Positions 1 to 10,877 are shown, counted from the first letter of the stretch. The stretch: DNA of 64,000 nucleotides from Spirochaetia bacterium (GCA_965203055.1 OZ241863.1:2688001-2752000), one strand, 5' to 3'. Notes: a model not told the origin generated them from the sequence alone. Numbers and translations are program-made.

Positions 1-352
1 CCACCACGACCCGCGCGCTTCGCTGGTGTGGTACGGCAACCCGCTGGGCGAGCACGTCACGCCGGAGAACCGCGCCGCGGCGGAGCGGCAGATGGAGCTG
101 ATCGACGCCGCCAAGACCGCGCGCGACCCGGAGACCTACCGCCGGCGGTGGACCGAGCTGTACCTGCACACCCTGGAGGAAGCGTGGCACATCTCCGGCG
201 TCACGGTGGAGAATCACGTCTATTGGCAGCCATGGGTGAAGGGCTTCGGCGGCGCCGTGGGCGACCTGAGTTCGCAGGCCAACATCAGCAAGTGGTGGTG
301 GGTCGACTGCAACGCGAAGCGGTCGAGCAGCGGACGCGCCTGCGCCGACTGA
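1..352 (+). CDS. ABC peptide/nickel transporter substrate-binding protein, C-terminal part (5' end outside window)
   Basis: ORF 26..352 resembles a family-5 SBP tail (LIDAAKTARDPETYRRRWTELY...YWQPWVKGF); lies directly upstream of permease and ATPase genes. Confidence 0.7.
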   Translation, partial: HHDPRASLVWYGNPLGEHVTPENRAAAERQMELIDAAKTARDPETYRRRWTELYLHTLEEAWHISGVTVENHVYWQPWVKGFGGAVGDLSSQANISKWWWVDCNAKRSSSGRACAD

Positions 353-377
353 CGGCGGCGGCCGATCGCTGACCTGC

Positions 378-416
378 GGTAACGGGAGGCCGACCCGGGC
401 GCGGCCTCCCGTTGCC
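378..416 (+). terminator. Stem-loop after the SBP gene (mRNA stabiliser or partial terminator)
   Basis: GGTAACGGGAGGCCG (378-392) pairs with CGGCCTCCCGTTGCC (402-416); no U-tract. Confidence 0.6.
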
Positions 417-433
417 GGCCAGGCAGGACATAC

Positions 434-1390
434 ATGCTGGCCTACCTCGTTCGGCGGCTGCTGCTGATCGTTCCCACCCTGCTGCTCATCACCGTGATCG
501 TGTTCGCCGGACTGCGGTTCGTTCCCGGCGACGCGGTCGACATCATGGTGACGCTCACCAGCTACAAGACCGGCGACGAGGATCCGCGCGTGGTGTTGCG
601 GCGCGAGCTGGGGCTGGATCAGCCGATCCACGTCCAGTACGGCCGCTGGCTGGCGGGCGTGGCACGCGGCGACCTGGGCACCTCGTTCTGGTCCAAGCTG
701 CCGGTGACGCAGCAGATCGTGATCGGGCTTCCGGTCTCGCTGGAAGTAGGCGCGCTGGCGCTGGTATTCTCGCTGCTGCTCGCGCTGCCGGTGGCGATCT
801 ATTCCGGCATCCGGCCGGACAGCGTTACCGACCAGGCGCTGCGCGCCGTCGCCATTACCTTCATCTGCATTCCGAGCTTCTGGATCGGTACCATGGTGCT
901 GATCTATCCGCCGATCTGGTGGGGATGGGCGCCGCGCCTGTCGTGGATTCCGTTCACCGCCAATCCGGTGGCGCACACGATCATGGTGGTGATTCCGGCC
1001 TTCATCCTCGGGATGTGGCTGTCCGGGATCACCATGCGGCTGACGCGCAATATGATGCTGGAGGTGTTGCGGCAGGACTACATCAGGACCGCCTGGGCGA
1101 AGGGGCTGAAGGAACGGCTGGTGATCGCGCGCCACGCGTTGAAGAATGCGCTCATCCCGGTGCTGACGATGATCGGGCTGCAACTTCCGGTGCTGGTGGG
1201 CGGCGCGGTGGTGGTGGAGTCGATCTTCAATCTTCCGGGGATTGGCGGCATCATGGTGCAGGCGATGGAGAAGCGCGACTATGCAATCGTCTCGGGCCTG
1301 AACCTGATCGCGGCCACGTTCATCCTGTTCGTGAATCTGATCATCGACCTCAGCTACGCGTGGCTCGACCCGCGCATTCGCTACCGGTGA
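434..1390 (+). CDS. Peptide ABC transporter permease (DppB/OppB family)
   Basis: N-terminus YLVRRLL..PGD; EAA loop DYIRTAWAKGL; C-terminus LDPRIRY. Confidence 0.95.
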   Translation: MLAYLVRRLLLIVPTLLLITVIVFAGLRFVPGDAVDIMVTLTSYKTGDEDPRVVLRRELGLDQPIHVQYGRWLAGVARGDLGTSFWSKLPVTQQIVIGLPVSLEVGALALVFSLLLALPVAIYSGIRPDSVTDQALRAVAITFICIPSFWIGTMVLIYPPIWWGWAPRLSWIPFTANPVAHTIMVVIPAFILGMWLSGITMRLTRNMMLEVLRQDYIRTAWAKGLKERLVIARHALKNALIPVLTMIGLQLPVLVGGAVVVESIFNLPGIGGIMVQAMEKRDYAIVSGLNLIAATFILFVNLIIDLSYAWLDPRIRYR

Positions 1391-2337
1391 GCGTGGCTTC
1401 GACCGGCGAATCGGAACGAGTCGCCGGCGCGGCGGCGGCGCGGCGCGGACTCGCCCTCTTCTTCAAGCGGTTGTTCAAGGAAAAGCCGGCCGGCGCCGCG
1501 GGCCTGATCGTGGTGCTGCTGTTCTTCCTGACCGGGGTGTTCGCGCACCGGTTGGCGCCGCACGACTACGCCGACCAGGACGTGCCCCGGCGCCTGGAGG
1601 GACCGTCCGCCGAGTTCCTGCTCGGCACCGATCAGTTCGGCCGCGACTCGCTGAGCCGCATCATCCACGGCGCCCGCATCTCGATGGTCGTCGGCCTGCT
1701 GGCGAGCGCCTTCACCGTCACCACCGCCACCCTGCTCGGCGTGATCTCCGGCTACTGGGGCGGCACGTTCGATCTGATGCTGCAGCGCCTGGTCGACGCG
1801 GTGATGAGCTTTCCGTGGCTGTTCCTGGTGCTGACGGCGATGCTGCTGCTCGGACCGAGCATCCTGTCGATCGCGGTGGTGATCGGCGTGCCATGGGGAA
1901 TCGCCAACGTGCGCACCATTCGCAGCGTGGTGCTGAGCGTCAGGGAAGACGCCTACGTCGTGGCGGCGCGCGCCACCGGCGCCCGGCCGCGGCGCATCCT
2001 CGCCCGGCACGTGCTGCCGCAGACCATCGCCCCGAACATCATTCTGTTCACCGTCACGCTCGGCTCGGCGATCATCGGCGAGGCGACGGTGAGCTTCCTC
2101 GGGTTCGGGATTCCGCCGCCGCAACCGACCTGGGGCGGCATGCTCAGCGCGGAGGGCCGCAAGTACCTGGAGGCGGCGCCGGCGCTGGCCCTGTGGCCGG
2201 GATTGTGCCTGGCGATCGTGGTATTCGCCATCAACATCTTCGGCGATGCCCTGCGCGATCTGCTCGACCCGCGCCTGCGCGGCGGCGCCGGCCGGTTCGA
2301 CCATGCCCGCGGCGGCGCGGCGGGCGCGCAGCAGTGA
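1387..2337 (+). CDS. Peptide ABC transporter permease (DppC/OppC family)
   Basis: GTGA overlap start; LGTDQFGRDSLSRIIHGARIS, PPQPTWGGML, GDALRDLLDP. Confidence 0.93.
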   Translation: MSVASTGESERVAGAAAARRGLALFFKRLFKEKPAGAAGLIVVLLFFLTGVFAHRLAPHDYADQDVPRRLEGPSAEFLLGTDQFGRDSLSRIIHGARISMVVGLLASAFTVTTATLLGVISGYWGGTFDLMLQRLVDAVMSFPWLFLVLTAMLLLGPSILSIAVVIGVPWGIANVRTIRSVVLSVREDAYVVAARATGARPRRILARHVLPQTIAPNIILFTVTLGSAIIGEATVSFLGFGIPPPQPTWGGMLSAEGRKYLEAAPALALWPGLCLAIVVFAINIFGDALRDLLDPRLRGGAGRFDHARGGAAGAQQ

Positions 2338-3401
2338 GCGGCCGCGGTGGTGGCAGCGGCGCGGCGGGCGCCGGCGTTCTGCTGGAGGTCAGGAACCTCA
2401 AGACCCACTTCAAGCTGCGCCAGGGGATCGTGCGTTCGGTCGACGGCGTGGACCTGACCATCTACCGCGGCCGGACGCTGGGCGTGGTGGGCGAGAGCGG
2501 CTGCGGCAAGAGCGTCACCGCGCAGTCGATCCTGCGCATCGTGCCCCGTCCCGGGGCGATCGTCGGCGGGCAGATCCTGCTGCATGACAAGGCGGGCGGC
2601 GAGGCGGTCGATCTGGCGGCGCTGCCGCCCAAGGGCCAGCGCATCCGCGAGGTGCGCGGGGGCGAGATCGGCATGATCTTTCAGGAGCCGATGGCGTCGC
2701 TGAGCCCGGTGCACAGCGTCGGCAACCAGATCATCGAGATGGCGCTGCTGCACCGCTCCGGCGGCAAGGATGCGGCGCGCGCCGCGGTGCTCGACATGCT
2801 GAATCGGGTCGGCTTCTCCGCGCCGGCGCGCACCTTCGACGCCTACCCGCATCAACTGAGCGGCGGCATGCGCCAGCGCGCCGTGATCGCCATGGCGCTG
2901 GTCGGGCGTCCCAGTCTGCTGATCGCCGACGAACCCACCACCGCCCTCGACGTCACCACCGAGGCGCAGATCCTGCGTTTGCTGCGCCGCCTGCAGGCCG
3001 AGCTGGGCATGGCGATCATGTTCATCACCCACGATCTGGGCGTGATCGCAAGGATGGCCGACCACGCCGCGGTGATGTATCTGGGCAAGGTGGTGGAACA
3101 CTCCGACGTGGACTCCCTGTTCTACGATCCCCGGCACCCCTACCTGCGCGCCCTGCTCGCCTCGGTGCCGCGCTTCGGCGGCCGCGCGCAGGCGCGGCTG
3201 CAGTCGATCGAGGGCATGGTTCCCGATCCCTTCCACCTGCCGGCGGGCTGCCCGTTTCATCCCCGCTGCCCGGAGTCGATCGCCGGCCGGTGCGAGACCG
3301 AGGCGCCGGTGTACCGCCCGCTGCCGGCGGCGCCGCAGCGCGGCGCCGCCTGTCATCTGCAGGCGGCCGCCGAGGCCGCGGCGCCGGGCGCGGCGCGATG
3401 A
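2334..3401 (+). CDS. Peptide ABC transporter ATP-binding protein (DppD/OppD)
   Basis: Walker A GESGCGKS, signature [18 protein letters not shown]-terminal GCPFHPRC. Confidence 0.95.
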   Translation: MSGRGGGSGAAGAGVLLEVRNLKTHFKLRQGIVRSVDGVDLTIYRGRTLGVVGESGCGKSVTAQSILRIVPRPGAIVGGQILLHDKAGGEAVDLAALPPKGQRIREVRGGEIGMIFQEPMASLSPVHSVGNQIIEMALLHRSGGKDAARAAVLDMLNRVGFSAPARTFDAYPHQLSGGMRQRAVIAMALVGRPSLLIADEPTTALDVTTEAQILRLLRRLQAELGMAIMFITHDLGVIARMADHAAVMYLGKVVEHSDVDSLFYDPRHPYLRALLASVPRFGGRAQARLQSIEGMVPDPFHLPAGCPFHPRCPESIAGRCETEAPVYRPLPAAPQRGAACHLQAAAEAAAPGAAR

Positions 3402-4456
3402 GCGCCGCGCCCGCGCCGGACGGCCTGCTGCTGAAGGTGAGCGGCCTGCGCAAGCACTTTCCGATTCGACGCGGCCTGTTCGGGCGCAGCGCGGGGCAGG
3501 TGAAGGCGGTCGACGGCGTCGACTTCGCGATCCGCAAGGGGGAGACCCTCGGACTGGTTGGGGAAAGCGGCTGCGGCAAGTCCACCACCGGGCGCTGCCT
3601 GCTGCGCGGCCACGACCTGACCGGCGGCGAGATCTGGTTCGACGACCAGGACCTGGGTTGGGTCGACGTGTTTCGCCTCGACCGCGCCCAGCTCAAGGTG
3701 TTCCGGCGCCACGCGCAGATGATCCTGCAAGACCCGTTTCACTCCCTCAACCCGCGCATGACGCTGCTCGACATCGTCGGCGAGGGGTTGACCATCGCCG
3801 GCGTCAGGGGGCAGGAGCGCAGCGACCGGGTGGCGGCCGCGCTGGAGGTGGTCGGCCTGCGGCGCGAGTACCTGAGCCGCTATCCGCACGCGTTCTCCGG
3901 CGGCCAGCGGCAGCGCATCGGCATCGCCCGAGCGCTGGCGCTCAACCCGCAGTTCGTGGTGTGCGACGAGCCGGTGTCGGCGCTCGACGTGTCGATCCAG
4001 GCGCAGATCCTCAACCTGCTGCAGGACCTGCAGGACCGGTTCCAGCTCACCTACCTGTTCGTCGCCCACCAGCTCAACGTGGTGCAGCACATCTGCGACC
4101 GGGTCGCGGTGATGTACGTCGGGCGCGTGGTGGAGGTAGCCGACACGCAGACCCTGTTTCGGAACCCGCGCCATCCCTACACCGAGGCGCTGCTGTCGGC
4201 GGTGCCGCAGCCGGACCCGCGCCACCGGTCGGCGGAGATCGTGCTGCGCGGCGAGGTGGCCAACCCGGCCGCGCCGCCCGGCGGCTGTTACTTTCACCCG
4301 CGCTGCAACTACACTGCCGAGCAGTGTTCCACGCTGGCGCCGGCGCTGGAAGCGCTCCCGGCCCTTGAAGCGCTTCCGGCGCCGGAAGGGGTTGCCCCGG
4401 AGCACTCCGTGCGCTGCCACCGGGCGGCGGAACTGACCCTGGCGGGAGTCGATTGA
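3398..4456 (+). CDS. Peptide ABC transporter ATP-binding protein (DppF/OppF)
   Basis: ATGA overlap; [33 protein letters not shown]. Confidence 0.95.
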   Translation: MSAAPAPDGLLLKVSGLRKHFPIRRGLFGRSAGQVKAVDGVDFAIRKGETLGLVGESGCGKSTTGRCLLRGHDLTGGEIWFDDQDLGWVDVFRLDRAQLKVFRRHAQMILQDPFHSLNPRMTLLDIVGEGLTIAGVRGQERSDRVAAALEVVGLRREYLSRYPHAFSGGQRQRIGIARALALNPQFVVCDEPVSALDVSIQAQILNLLQDLQDRFQLTYLFVAHQLNVVQHICDRVAVMYVGRVVEVADTQTLFRNPRHPYTEALLSAVPQPDPRHRSAEIVLRGEVANPAAPPGGCYFHPRCNYTAEQCSTLAPALEALPALEALPAPEGVAPEHSVRCHRAAELTLAGVD

Positions 4457-5445
4457 TGGGCGCCTACGTGATTCGGCGGCTGCTGCTGTTCGTACCGATG
4501 CTGGTCGCGATCAGCGTGCTCGCCTTCGTACTGATCCAGCTCCCGCCGGGGGATTACCTGACCAGCGAGATCATGGCGATGGCCGAGCGCGGCGAAGAGG
4601 TGGACGAGGCGGTGATCGCGGCGCTGAAGCTGCGCTACGGGCTCGACCGCCCGCTGGTGCAGCAGTACTTCCGCTGGATCACCAACATCGTGTTCGAGGG
4701 CGACTTCGGGCGCTCCTTCCACTGGAAGCAGCCGGTGTCGGCGCTGATCTGGGAGCGGCTGCTGTGGACGATCGTGATCTCCTTCGGCAGCCTCCTGTTC
4801 ACCTGGGCGGTGGCGTTCCCGATCGGCATCTACGCGGCCACCAATCAATACTCGATCGCCGATTACCTGTTCACCTTCTTCGGATTCCTCGGCAAGGCCA
4901 CCCCCAACTTCCTGCTGGCGCTGGTGCTGATGTGGCTCGGCTACGTCTACTTCGACTTCAACATGGGCGGCCTGTTCTCGGCGCAGTACCAGAACGCTCC
5001 CTGGAGCCTGGCCAAGCTGGGCGACCTGCTCAGCCACCTCTGGGTGCCGCTGGTGGTGCTGGGAACCGCCGGCACCGCCGACCTGATCCGAACCCTGCGC
5101 GCCAACCTGCTCGACGAGCTGGCCAAGCCCTACGTCACCGCGGCCCGCGCCAAGGGTCTCACCGAACTCAAGCTGATCGCCAAGTACCCGGTGCGCATCG
5201 CCATCAACCCGTTCGTCAGCAGCATCGGCGGCGTGCTGCCGGAGCTGATCTCGGGCGCCGCCATCGTGTCGGTGGTGCTGAGCCTGCCCACCACCGGGCC
5301 GCTGATGCTCAACGCGCTGTTGACGCAGGACATGTTCCTGGCCGGGAGCTTCCTGATGATGCTCACCGCGCTGTCGCTGATCGGCACGCTGCTGTCGGAC
5401 ATCCTGCTGGCGGTGCTGGATCCGCGCATCCGCCAGACGGTGTAG
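4456..5445 (+). CDS. Second peptide ABC permease (DppB family)
   Basis: YVIRRLL...IQLPPGDY; PYVTAARAKGL; LDPRIR. Confidence 0.93.
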   Translation: MGAYVIRRLLLFVPMLVAISVLAFVLIQLPPGDYLTSEIMAMAERGEEVDEAVIAALKLRYGLDRPLVQQYFRWITNIVFEGDFGRSFHWKQPVSALIWERLLWTIVISFGSLLFTWAVAFPIGIYAATNQYSIADYLFTFFGFLGKATPNFLLALVLMWLGYVYFDFNMGGLFSAQYQNAPWSLAKLGDLLSHLWVPLVVLGTAGTADLIRTLRANLLDELAKPYVTAARAKGLTELKLIAKYPVRIAINPFVSSIGGVLPELISGAAIVSVVLSLPTTGPLMLNALLTQDMFLAGSFLMMLTALSLIGTLLSDILLAVLDPRIRQTV

Positions 5446-5461
5446 GAGAGGATCAGCGCGC

Positions 5462-6592
5462 ATGGCGGCCCCTGATCCCGGGCAGAGCAGCCCGGCGTCC
5501 ACCCACCGCACCGAGACCGCGTCGCAGTGGCAGTTGATGCGCTGGCGGTTTCTGCAGCACAAGGCGGCGGTGGTCAGCCTGGCGGTGCTGGTCATCCTCT
5601 ACCTGATCGCCCTGGCGGTGGAGTTCATCGCCCCCTACGCCACCGACCGCTACGACATCAAGTATCTGCTGGCGCCGCCGCAGCGGGTGCGCTTCTTCGA
5701 CGCCGCCGGGCGCTTCCACCTGCGCCCGTTCGTGTACGACTACACCACCACGCGCGACCCCACCAGCCTGCGCATCGTGCAGGTGGTCGACACCGGGACG
5801 CGGCATCCGATCCGCTTCTTCGTGCGCGGCGACGAGTACCGCTTCTGGGGTCTGTGGCGCGGCAACCTGCACCTGTTCGGGATCGACGACCCGGAGGCGA
5901 TGATCCTGTTGTGGGGCGCGGACGACCAGGGCCGCGACCTGTTCTCGCGGGTGATCTACGGCGCGCGGCTGTCGCTGTCGATCGGCTTCGTCGGCGTGAT
6001 TCTGAGCCTGGTGCTCGGCATCCTGCTCGGCGGCATCTCCGGTTACTTCGGCGGGACCGCGGATTTGGTGATTCAGCGCGTCATCGAGCTGCTGCAGGCG
6101 ATTCCGCGCATTCCGCTGTGGCTCACGTTGTCGGCGGCGCTGCCGCGAGACTGGGGCACCGTCGAGGTGTACTTCGGCATCACCATCATCCTGTCGGTGC
6201 TGGGCTGGACCGATCTGGCGCGCACCGTGCGCGGCAAGTTCCTGGCCCTGCGCGAGGAGGACTTCACGCAGGCGGCCAAGTACCTGGGGGCCGGCGAGCT
6301 GCGCATCATCATCCGGCACATGGTGCCGTCGTTCAGCAGCCACCTGATCGCCGTACTCACTCTGCGGGTACCGGAGATGATCCTGGCGGAGACCAGCCTG
6401 AGCTTCCTCGGGCTGGGGCTGCGCGAGCCGGTGATAAGCTGGGGGGTGCTGTTGACCGGGGTGCAGAACATCCGCGCCGTGGCGCTGGCGCCGTGGCTGT
6501 TCCTGCCCGGCGCGGCGATCGTGGTCACCGTGCTGGCCTTCAACTTCGTCGGCGACGGCCTGCGCGACGCCGCCGACCCCTACTCCCACTAG
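5462..6592 (+). CDS. Second peptide ABC permease (DppC family)
   Basis: GADDQGRDLFSRVIYGARLSL; ETSLSFLGLG; GDGLRDAADPY. Confidence 0.93.
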   Translation: MAAPDPGQSSPASTHRTETASQWQLMRWRFLQHKAAVVSLAVLVILYLIALAVEFIAPYATDRYDIKYLLAPPQRVRFFDAAGRFHLRPFVYDYTTTRDPTSLRIVQVVDTGTRHPIRFFVRGDEYRFWGLWRGNLHLFGIDDPEAMILLWGADDQGRDLFSRVIYGARLSLSIGFVGVILSLVLGILLGGISGYFGGTADLVIQRVIELLQAIPRIPLWLTLSAALPRDWGTVEVYFGITIILSVLGWTDLARTVRGKFLALREEDFTQAAKYLGAGELRIIIRHMVPSFSSHLIAVLTLRVPEMILAETSLSFLGLGLREPVISWGVLLTGVQNIRAVALAPWLFLPGAAIVVTVLAFNFVGDGLRDAADPYSH

Positions 6593-6619
6593 CCCGCCGC
6601 GCGCCCGGGCTCACGGGCG

Positions 6620-7738
6620 CTAGGCGAGTCGGCTCAGCAGCAGGTGAGCGGGCGCCAGGCGCACGCCCTCGGCCGTGCGCGCGTCCTTGCTCCCGGTAGC
6701 GCTGATCTGCCACGCGTCGGCCGCCGGAAAGCGCTGCTTCAGGTAGCGCAGGCTGCGGTCCACCTTGGCGTCGGCCCACTTCGTCTCCACCAGCAGCGCG
6801 GGCGCGCGGCGGTCAGTCACCACGAAGTCGACTTCGCGGCCGTCCCGGTCGCGGAAGTAGCGCAGGTCCAGCTCCCGGCCCTCGGCGTCCTGCTGCTGAT
6901 GCACCCACTTGAGCAGCGCCAGCGCGACGAGGTTCTCGAACCGCTGCGGGAGCTCCGGCACCTGGGTCCAGTCGAACAGATAGTGCTTCTGCGCCTTCTT
7001 GATGGCGCGGATGGCCGGCGCGCCGAACGGACTCAGCCGCACCACGGCGTACAGCCGCTCCAGCGCCGCGACCCAGCGCTGCACCGCGTCGTGGCTCACC
7101 GCCAGATCCTCGCGCAACGCGTTGATCGACAGCGGCGCGCCCACCAGCTCCGGCAGCCGGAGCGCCAACAGTTCCAGATTGCCAAGATCCACGATCTGTT
7201 CGAGGGAGGTAATCTCCTCGCGGATCAGCAGCGTTCGATAGTCCCGCGACCAGCGCCGCGCGGTGCGCTCGGAGCCGGCGAAGAACGGCTCGGGGAACCC
7301 GCCGAGGCGCAACAGTTCGGGTAACGAGGCAGGATCGCCAAGCTCCGCCACCGACAGCGGATGCAGCCGATGCAGGTGATAGCGCCCCGGCAGCGAATCC
7401 CCGCCGCGCCGACAGGCGTCGAGCCGGGCGCTGCCGGTCACCAGGATGCGCAGGCGGTGTCCGGCGCCGGCGACGGCGCCGTCGTACAGGCCCTTCAGGT
7501 AGTTGCGCCACGACCGGTACTTGTGCAGCTCGTCGAACGCCACCACCGGCACCGGCGGCAGTTCCCCGGTCAGAATCAGTTCGCGCTGGCTGGCGACGTC
7601 CCAATTCAGATAGCCCGCCGGATCGGGCAATATCTCTTTCGCCAGCGTGGTCTTGCCAACCTGCCGCGGGCCCGCGACGAAGACCATCTTGGCGGCCAGG
7701 TCGGCGCGCACCACCGCATCCAGATAACGCCGCTGCAC
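6620..7738 (-). CDS. AAA+ ATPase (AAA_14) with C-terminal DUF4143 restriction-endonuclease-like domain
   Basis: GPRQVGKT, FDELHK, VTGS, GGFPE, FEN, YFRDRDGREVDFVV..LVETK. Confidence 0.9.
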   Translation of the reverse strand: MQRRYLDAVVRADLAAKMVFVAGPRQVGKTTLAKEILPDPAGYLNWDVASQRELILTGELPPVPVVAFDELHKYRSWRNYLKGLYDGAVAGAGHRLRILVTGSARLDACRRGGDSLPGRYHLHRLHPLSVAELGDPASLPELLRLGGFPEPFFAGSERTARRWSRDYRTLLIREEITSLEQIVDLGNLELLALRLPELVGAPLSINALREDLAVSHDAVQRWVAALERLYAVVRLSPFGAPAIRAIKKAQKHYLFDWTQVPELPQRFENLVALALLKWVHQQQDAEGRELDLRYFRDRDGREVDFVVTDRRAPALLVETKWADAKVDRSLRYLKQRFPAADAWQISATGSKDARTAEGVRLAPAHLLLSRLA

Positions 7739-7744
7739 GCACCA

Positions 7745-7773
7745 AGAATACGGACGTTTCTAGCGGGAGGCAA
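7745..7773 (-). promoter_or_regulatory. Sigma70-type promoter, probably giving a leaderless transcript
   Basis: Minus strand TTGCCT(7773-7768)-N17-TATTCT(7750-7745)-N6-GTG(7738). Confidence 0.6.
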
Positions 7774-7880
7774 AATCGTACGCGGACGAATTCGGCGGGC
7801 GCTAGAATCGGCCGCGGTGCCCTACGCTCCGTGCGTGCCGTGCGTGCCGCGCGGGGCGCCGCGCGCAGGCGTGGTTTGAC

Positions 7881-8972
7881 ATGAGCGCGCTGGTCCCGTA
7901 CCCCTGGCGCATGGAGAACCGCACCTTCAGCTTCGACTTCGACGCGCACTTCGAGAGCCTGATGGGCGCCTGCGAGGGAGAGTTCCGCTGCCGCGCGGAG
8001 ACGCCGGCGGCGGTGCGGCAGTGGCAGGATCCGTTTCGGGAACGCCTGCGAACGATCCTGGGGCTGACCAACATCGAGCGCGACCTGGCCGGATTCACGC
8101 CCGCCGCGCAGCGCTTCGAGGCGGAGGACCTCGGCTCGTACGTCCGGGAGTCGTGGCGCCTCCTCACCGAACCGACGGTGCCGCTGCCGTTCTATCTGTT
8201 GCGCCCCAAGCACACGACCGGCGCCCTGCCGCTGGTGCTCACCCCCCACGGCCACGGCCAGCCGCACCTCTACGCCGGGATTGCGCGCAACCGCGCGGAG
8301 GAGGCGCAGATCCGCGACGGCGAGCGCGACGTCGCGGTGCAGGCGGCGGCGCAGGGGTACCTGGTGATTGCGCCCACGACGCGGGCGTTCGGCGAGACCC
8401 GCGCCGCGGCGGACCGGGAGAAGCAGGCGCTCTCCTCCTGCCGGCTGCAGCTCATGCACGACCTGCTAGTCGGACGCACCCCGATCGGCGACCGGGTGTG
8501 GGACATGGAGCGGCTGATCGACTGGGCGATTGCGCACCAGGGCGCGGACCCCCGGCGAATCGCGATCACCGGCAATTCCGGCGGCGGCACGGTCTCGCTG
8601 TTCGCCGCCGCCTGCGACCCCCGCATCGCGGTCGCCGTGCCCGGCTGCTACTTCAACACCTTCGCCGGCAGCATCGGCTCGATCATCCACTGCGACTGCA
8701 ACTACGTGCCCGGCATCATGCGCCTCGGCGAGATGCACGACGTCGCCGGCCTCATCGCGCCGCGCCACTTCCTCGCCGTCGCCGGGCGCGAGGATCCGAT
8801 CTTCCCGGTCGCCCACACCAAGGCCGCGTTCGAGCAGCTTTCCCGGATCTACCGGGCCGCGGCGGTCCCGCAGCGCTGCGAGCTGTACGTCGGCGACGGC
8901 GGGCACCGCTACTACAAGGAACGGGTATGGACCTTCGTAGCCGAAGCATTTTCAAGTCTGCTGCCTGACTAG
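7881..8972 (+). CDS. Alpha/beta hydrolase (dienelactone hydrolase / esterase-like); start may be ATG 7911
   Basis: PLVLTPHGHG, nucleophile elbow GNSGGG, GREDPIFP, GDGGHRY. Confidence 0.85.
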   Translation: MSALVPYPWRMENRTFSFDFDAHFESLMGACEGEFRCRAETPAAVRQWQDPFRERLRTILGLTNIERDLAGFTPAAQRFEAEDLGSYVRESWRLLTEPTVPLPFYLLRPKHTTGALPLVLTPHGHGQPHLYAGIARNRAEEAQIRDGERDVAVQAAAQGYLVIAPTTRAFGETRAAADREKQALSSCRLQLMHDLLVGRTPIGDRVWDMERLIDWAIAHQGADPRRIAITGNSGGGTVSLFAAACDPRIAVAVPGCYFNTFAGSIGSIIHCDCNYVPGIMRLGEMHDVAGLIAPRHFLAVAGREDPIFPVAHTKAAFEQLSRIYRAAAVPQRCELYVGDGGHRYYKERVWTFVAEAFSSLLPD

Positions 8973-8973
8973 A

Positions 8974-10611
8974 CTAGAAGCGGGATCGGCGGGCTTCGAC
9001 GTTGGCGCGCACGTCGATGAGGACGGTGGTGCCGGCGGCGTTCAGGCGCTGCGCTTCGGCCAGCGCCCGGTGCAGATCGGCCGCGCTGCGCACCTCGATG
9101 CCGCGCGCGCCGAGGGCTTCCGCCAGCGCCGCGTAGTTGCCGCCCATGGCGGACACCCCGGCGGCGCGCGCGGCCGGGCCGATCATGTCCCGCGCCCCGC
9201 TGTAGGTGGCCATGGCGCCGTTGTTGAGCACCACGGTGGTGATGGGGATGCCGGCGCGGGCCGCGGTCTCCAGGTCGAAGCCGGACATGCCGAAGGCGCC
9301 GTCGCCCATCAGGTTGAGGCAGAACTTGTCGGGATGGGCCAGCTTGGCGCCGATCATCAGCGGCAGTCCGAATCCCAGGTGGGTGGTCTTGCCCCAGCCG
9401 ACGTAGCTGTGCGGGACGGTGGCCCGGTAGAACGGCACCAAGCAGTCGCGCGGCGCGCCGGCGTCGTGGGTGACGATGCTGGCGTCGGCGTCCAGCACCT
9501 CGTTCAGGGCGTGCACGACCCGGTAGTAGCTCAGCGGCTGCTCGTCGGCGGTGAGCACTGGGGTCCATTCGGCCAGCCACTGGTCGCGCAGGGCGCCGAC
9601 CCGGGCCGCGGTGGCCGCCACCGCGGCGGCTCCGGCCGGCTGTTGGCCGAGCTCCTCCAGCAGCGCCCGGATGGTGAGCCTGGCATCGCCGGGCAGCGCG
9701 ACCGCGGCGGCCTCGTCCTTGTTCAGGTCGGCGACGTCGACGGTGTTGTGGATGATGCGGATCTCCGGGCGCAGCGCCTGGGCGTAGGGGCTGCGGGTGA
9801 GGCTGCTGCCGAGCGCCAGCAGCACGTCGCATTCCTGCAGCCAGCGGTGCGCCGCCAGCGTAGTGGTCCCGCTGCCGGCCCCCAGGCACAGCGGATGGGC
9901 GTCGGGCAGCGCCGACTTGCCGGGCATGGTGCAGAACACCGGCGCGGCCAGCAGTTCCGCGAGCCGCGCCAGTTCGGCGCTGGCCCCGGCCGCCAGCACC
10001 CCGCCGCCGGCCCACAGCAGCGGGCGCTCGGCGGCGCGCAGCAGCGCCGCGGCGGCGCTCACCTCGGCCGCGGCCGGCACCTGGCGCGCCGGCGGCGGCG
10101 ACCGATAGGTGCGTTCCTCGGGCGGTATCTCCTGGGCGCATACGTCCGCGGTCAGCTCCACCACCACCGGACCGGGCGCGCCGTTGCGCAGGCCGTGGAA
10201 CGCGCGCCGCATTACCGCCCCGAGCTGGTCGCGGCGCAGGACCGGCTCCACCTGCCTGGCCACGCCCCGGTAGGTGAGCGCCGCCTGAAAGTTGGGCCGC
10301 GTCACGGCGGTGCGCGGGTTGCCGGCCGGCAACACCAGCACCGGGACGTTGTCGGCCGCGGCCTGCGCCAACCCGCCGAGCGCGTTCTCCGCGCCGGCCT
10401 GGCTCTGCACCGCCGCCACCCCGAAGCGGCGGCGGCCGCTGGTGCGGCTGTAGCCGTCGGCCGCCATCACCGCGCCGCGCTCGTGGCGGAACGCGATCGG
10501 CCGGATGCCCGCCGCGGCGGCGGCTTCGATCATCGGGGTCTGGGGAAAGCAGGCCAGCCACTGCACCCCTTCGGACTTGAGAATCTGCGCGATGTAGTCG
10601 TATCCGGTCAT
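8974..10611 (-). CDS. Thiamine-pyrophosphate-dependent enzyme (acetolactate synthase large subunit-like family)
   Basis: RHERGAVMAADGYSR, GPVVVEL, TPP motif MGDGAFGM...VLNNG; start taken as MTGYDY. Confidence 0.9.
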   Translation of the reverse strand: MTGYDYIAQILKSEGVQWLACFPQTPMIEAAAAAGIRPIAFRHERGAVMAADGYSRTSGRRRFGVAAVQSQAGAENALGGLAQAAADNVPVLVLPAGNPRTAVTRPNFQAALTYRGVARQVEPVLRRDQLGAVMRRAFHGLRNGAPGPVVVELTADVCAQEIPPEERTYRSPPPARQVPAAAEVSAAAALLRAAERPLLWAGGGVLAAGASAELARLAELLAAPVFCTMPGKSALPDAHPLCLGAGSGTTTLAAHRWLQECDVLLALGSSLTRSPYAQALRPEIRIIHNTVDVADLNKDEAAAVALPGDARLTIRALLEELGQQPAGAAAVAATAARVGALRDQWLAEWTPVLTADEQPLSYYRVVHALNEVLDADASIVTHDAGAPRDCLVPFYRATVPHSYVGWGKTTHLGFGLPLMIGAKLAHPDKFCLNLMGDGAFGMSGFDLETAARAGIPITTVVLNNGAMATYSGARDMIGPAARAAGVSAMGGNYAALAEALGARGIEVRSAADLHRALAEAQRLNAAGTTVLIDVRANVEARRSRF

Positions 10612-10667
10612 CGCGTTCAGCGTAGCGCAGGCGCTCCTGGTTGGTCGATCCACACCCGCGCAGGAGG

Positions 10668-10877
10668 TTAGCGGGGCGCGGCCTGCTCCGCGCCGTCGGC
10701 CGAGTCGCGTTTGAAGGCGCGGTAGGTCTGCTCGTCGATGCCGGTGGCGGACCGGATCACCGGCCACCCGAATCCCGCCCGCAGCAGCCCGTCGATGGTC
10801 TCCAGCCGGCCCTTAAGCTCACCCTCTTGCCGGCCCTCCCGGCGGCCTTGTTGCTTGATTTCCTCGAGGTAGTTCAT
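10668..10877 (-). CDS. Putative nested in-frame small protein (Rpn_S antitoxin-like), 69 aa
   Basis: Internal AAGGAG (10888-10883) 5 nt before in-frame ATG (MNYLEEIKQQGRREG...). Confidence 0.6.
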   Translation of the reverse strand: MNYLEEIKQQGRREGRQEGELKGRLETIDGLLRAGFGWPVIRSATGIDEQTYRAFKRDSADGAEQAAPR

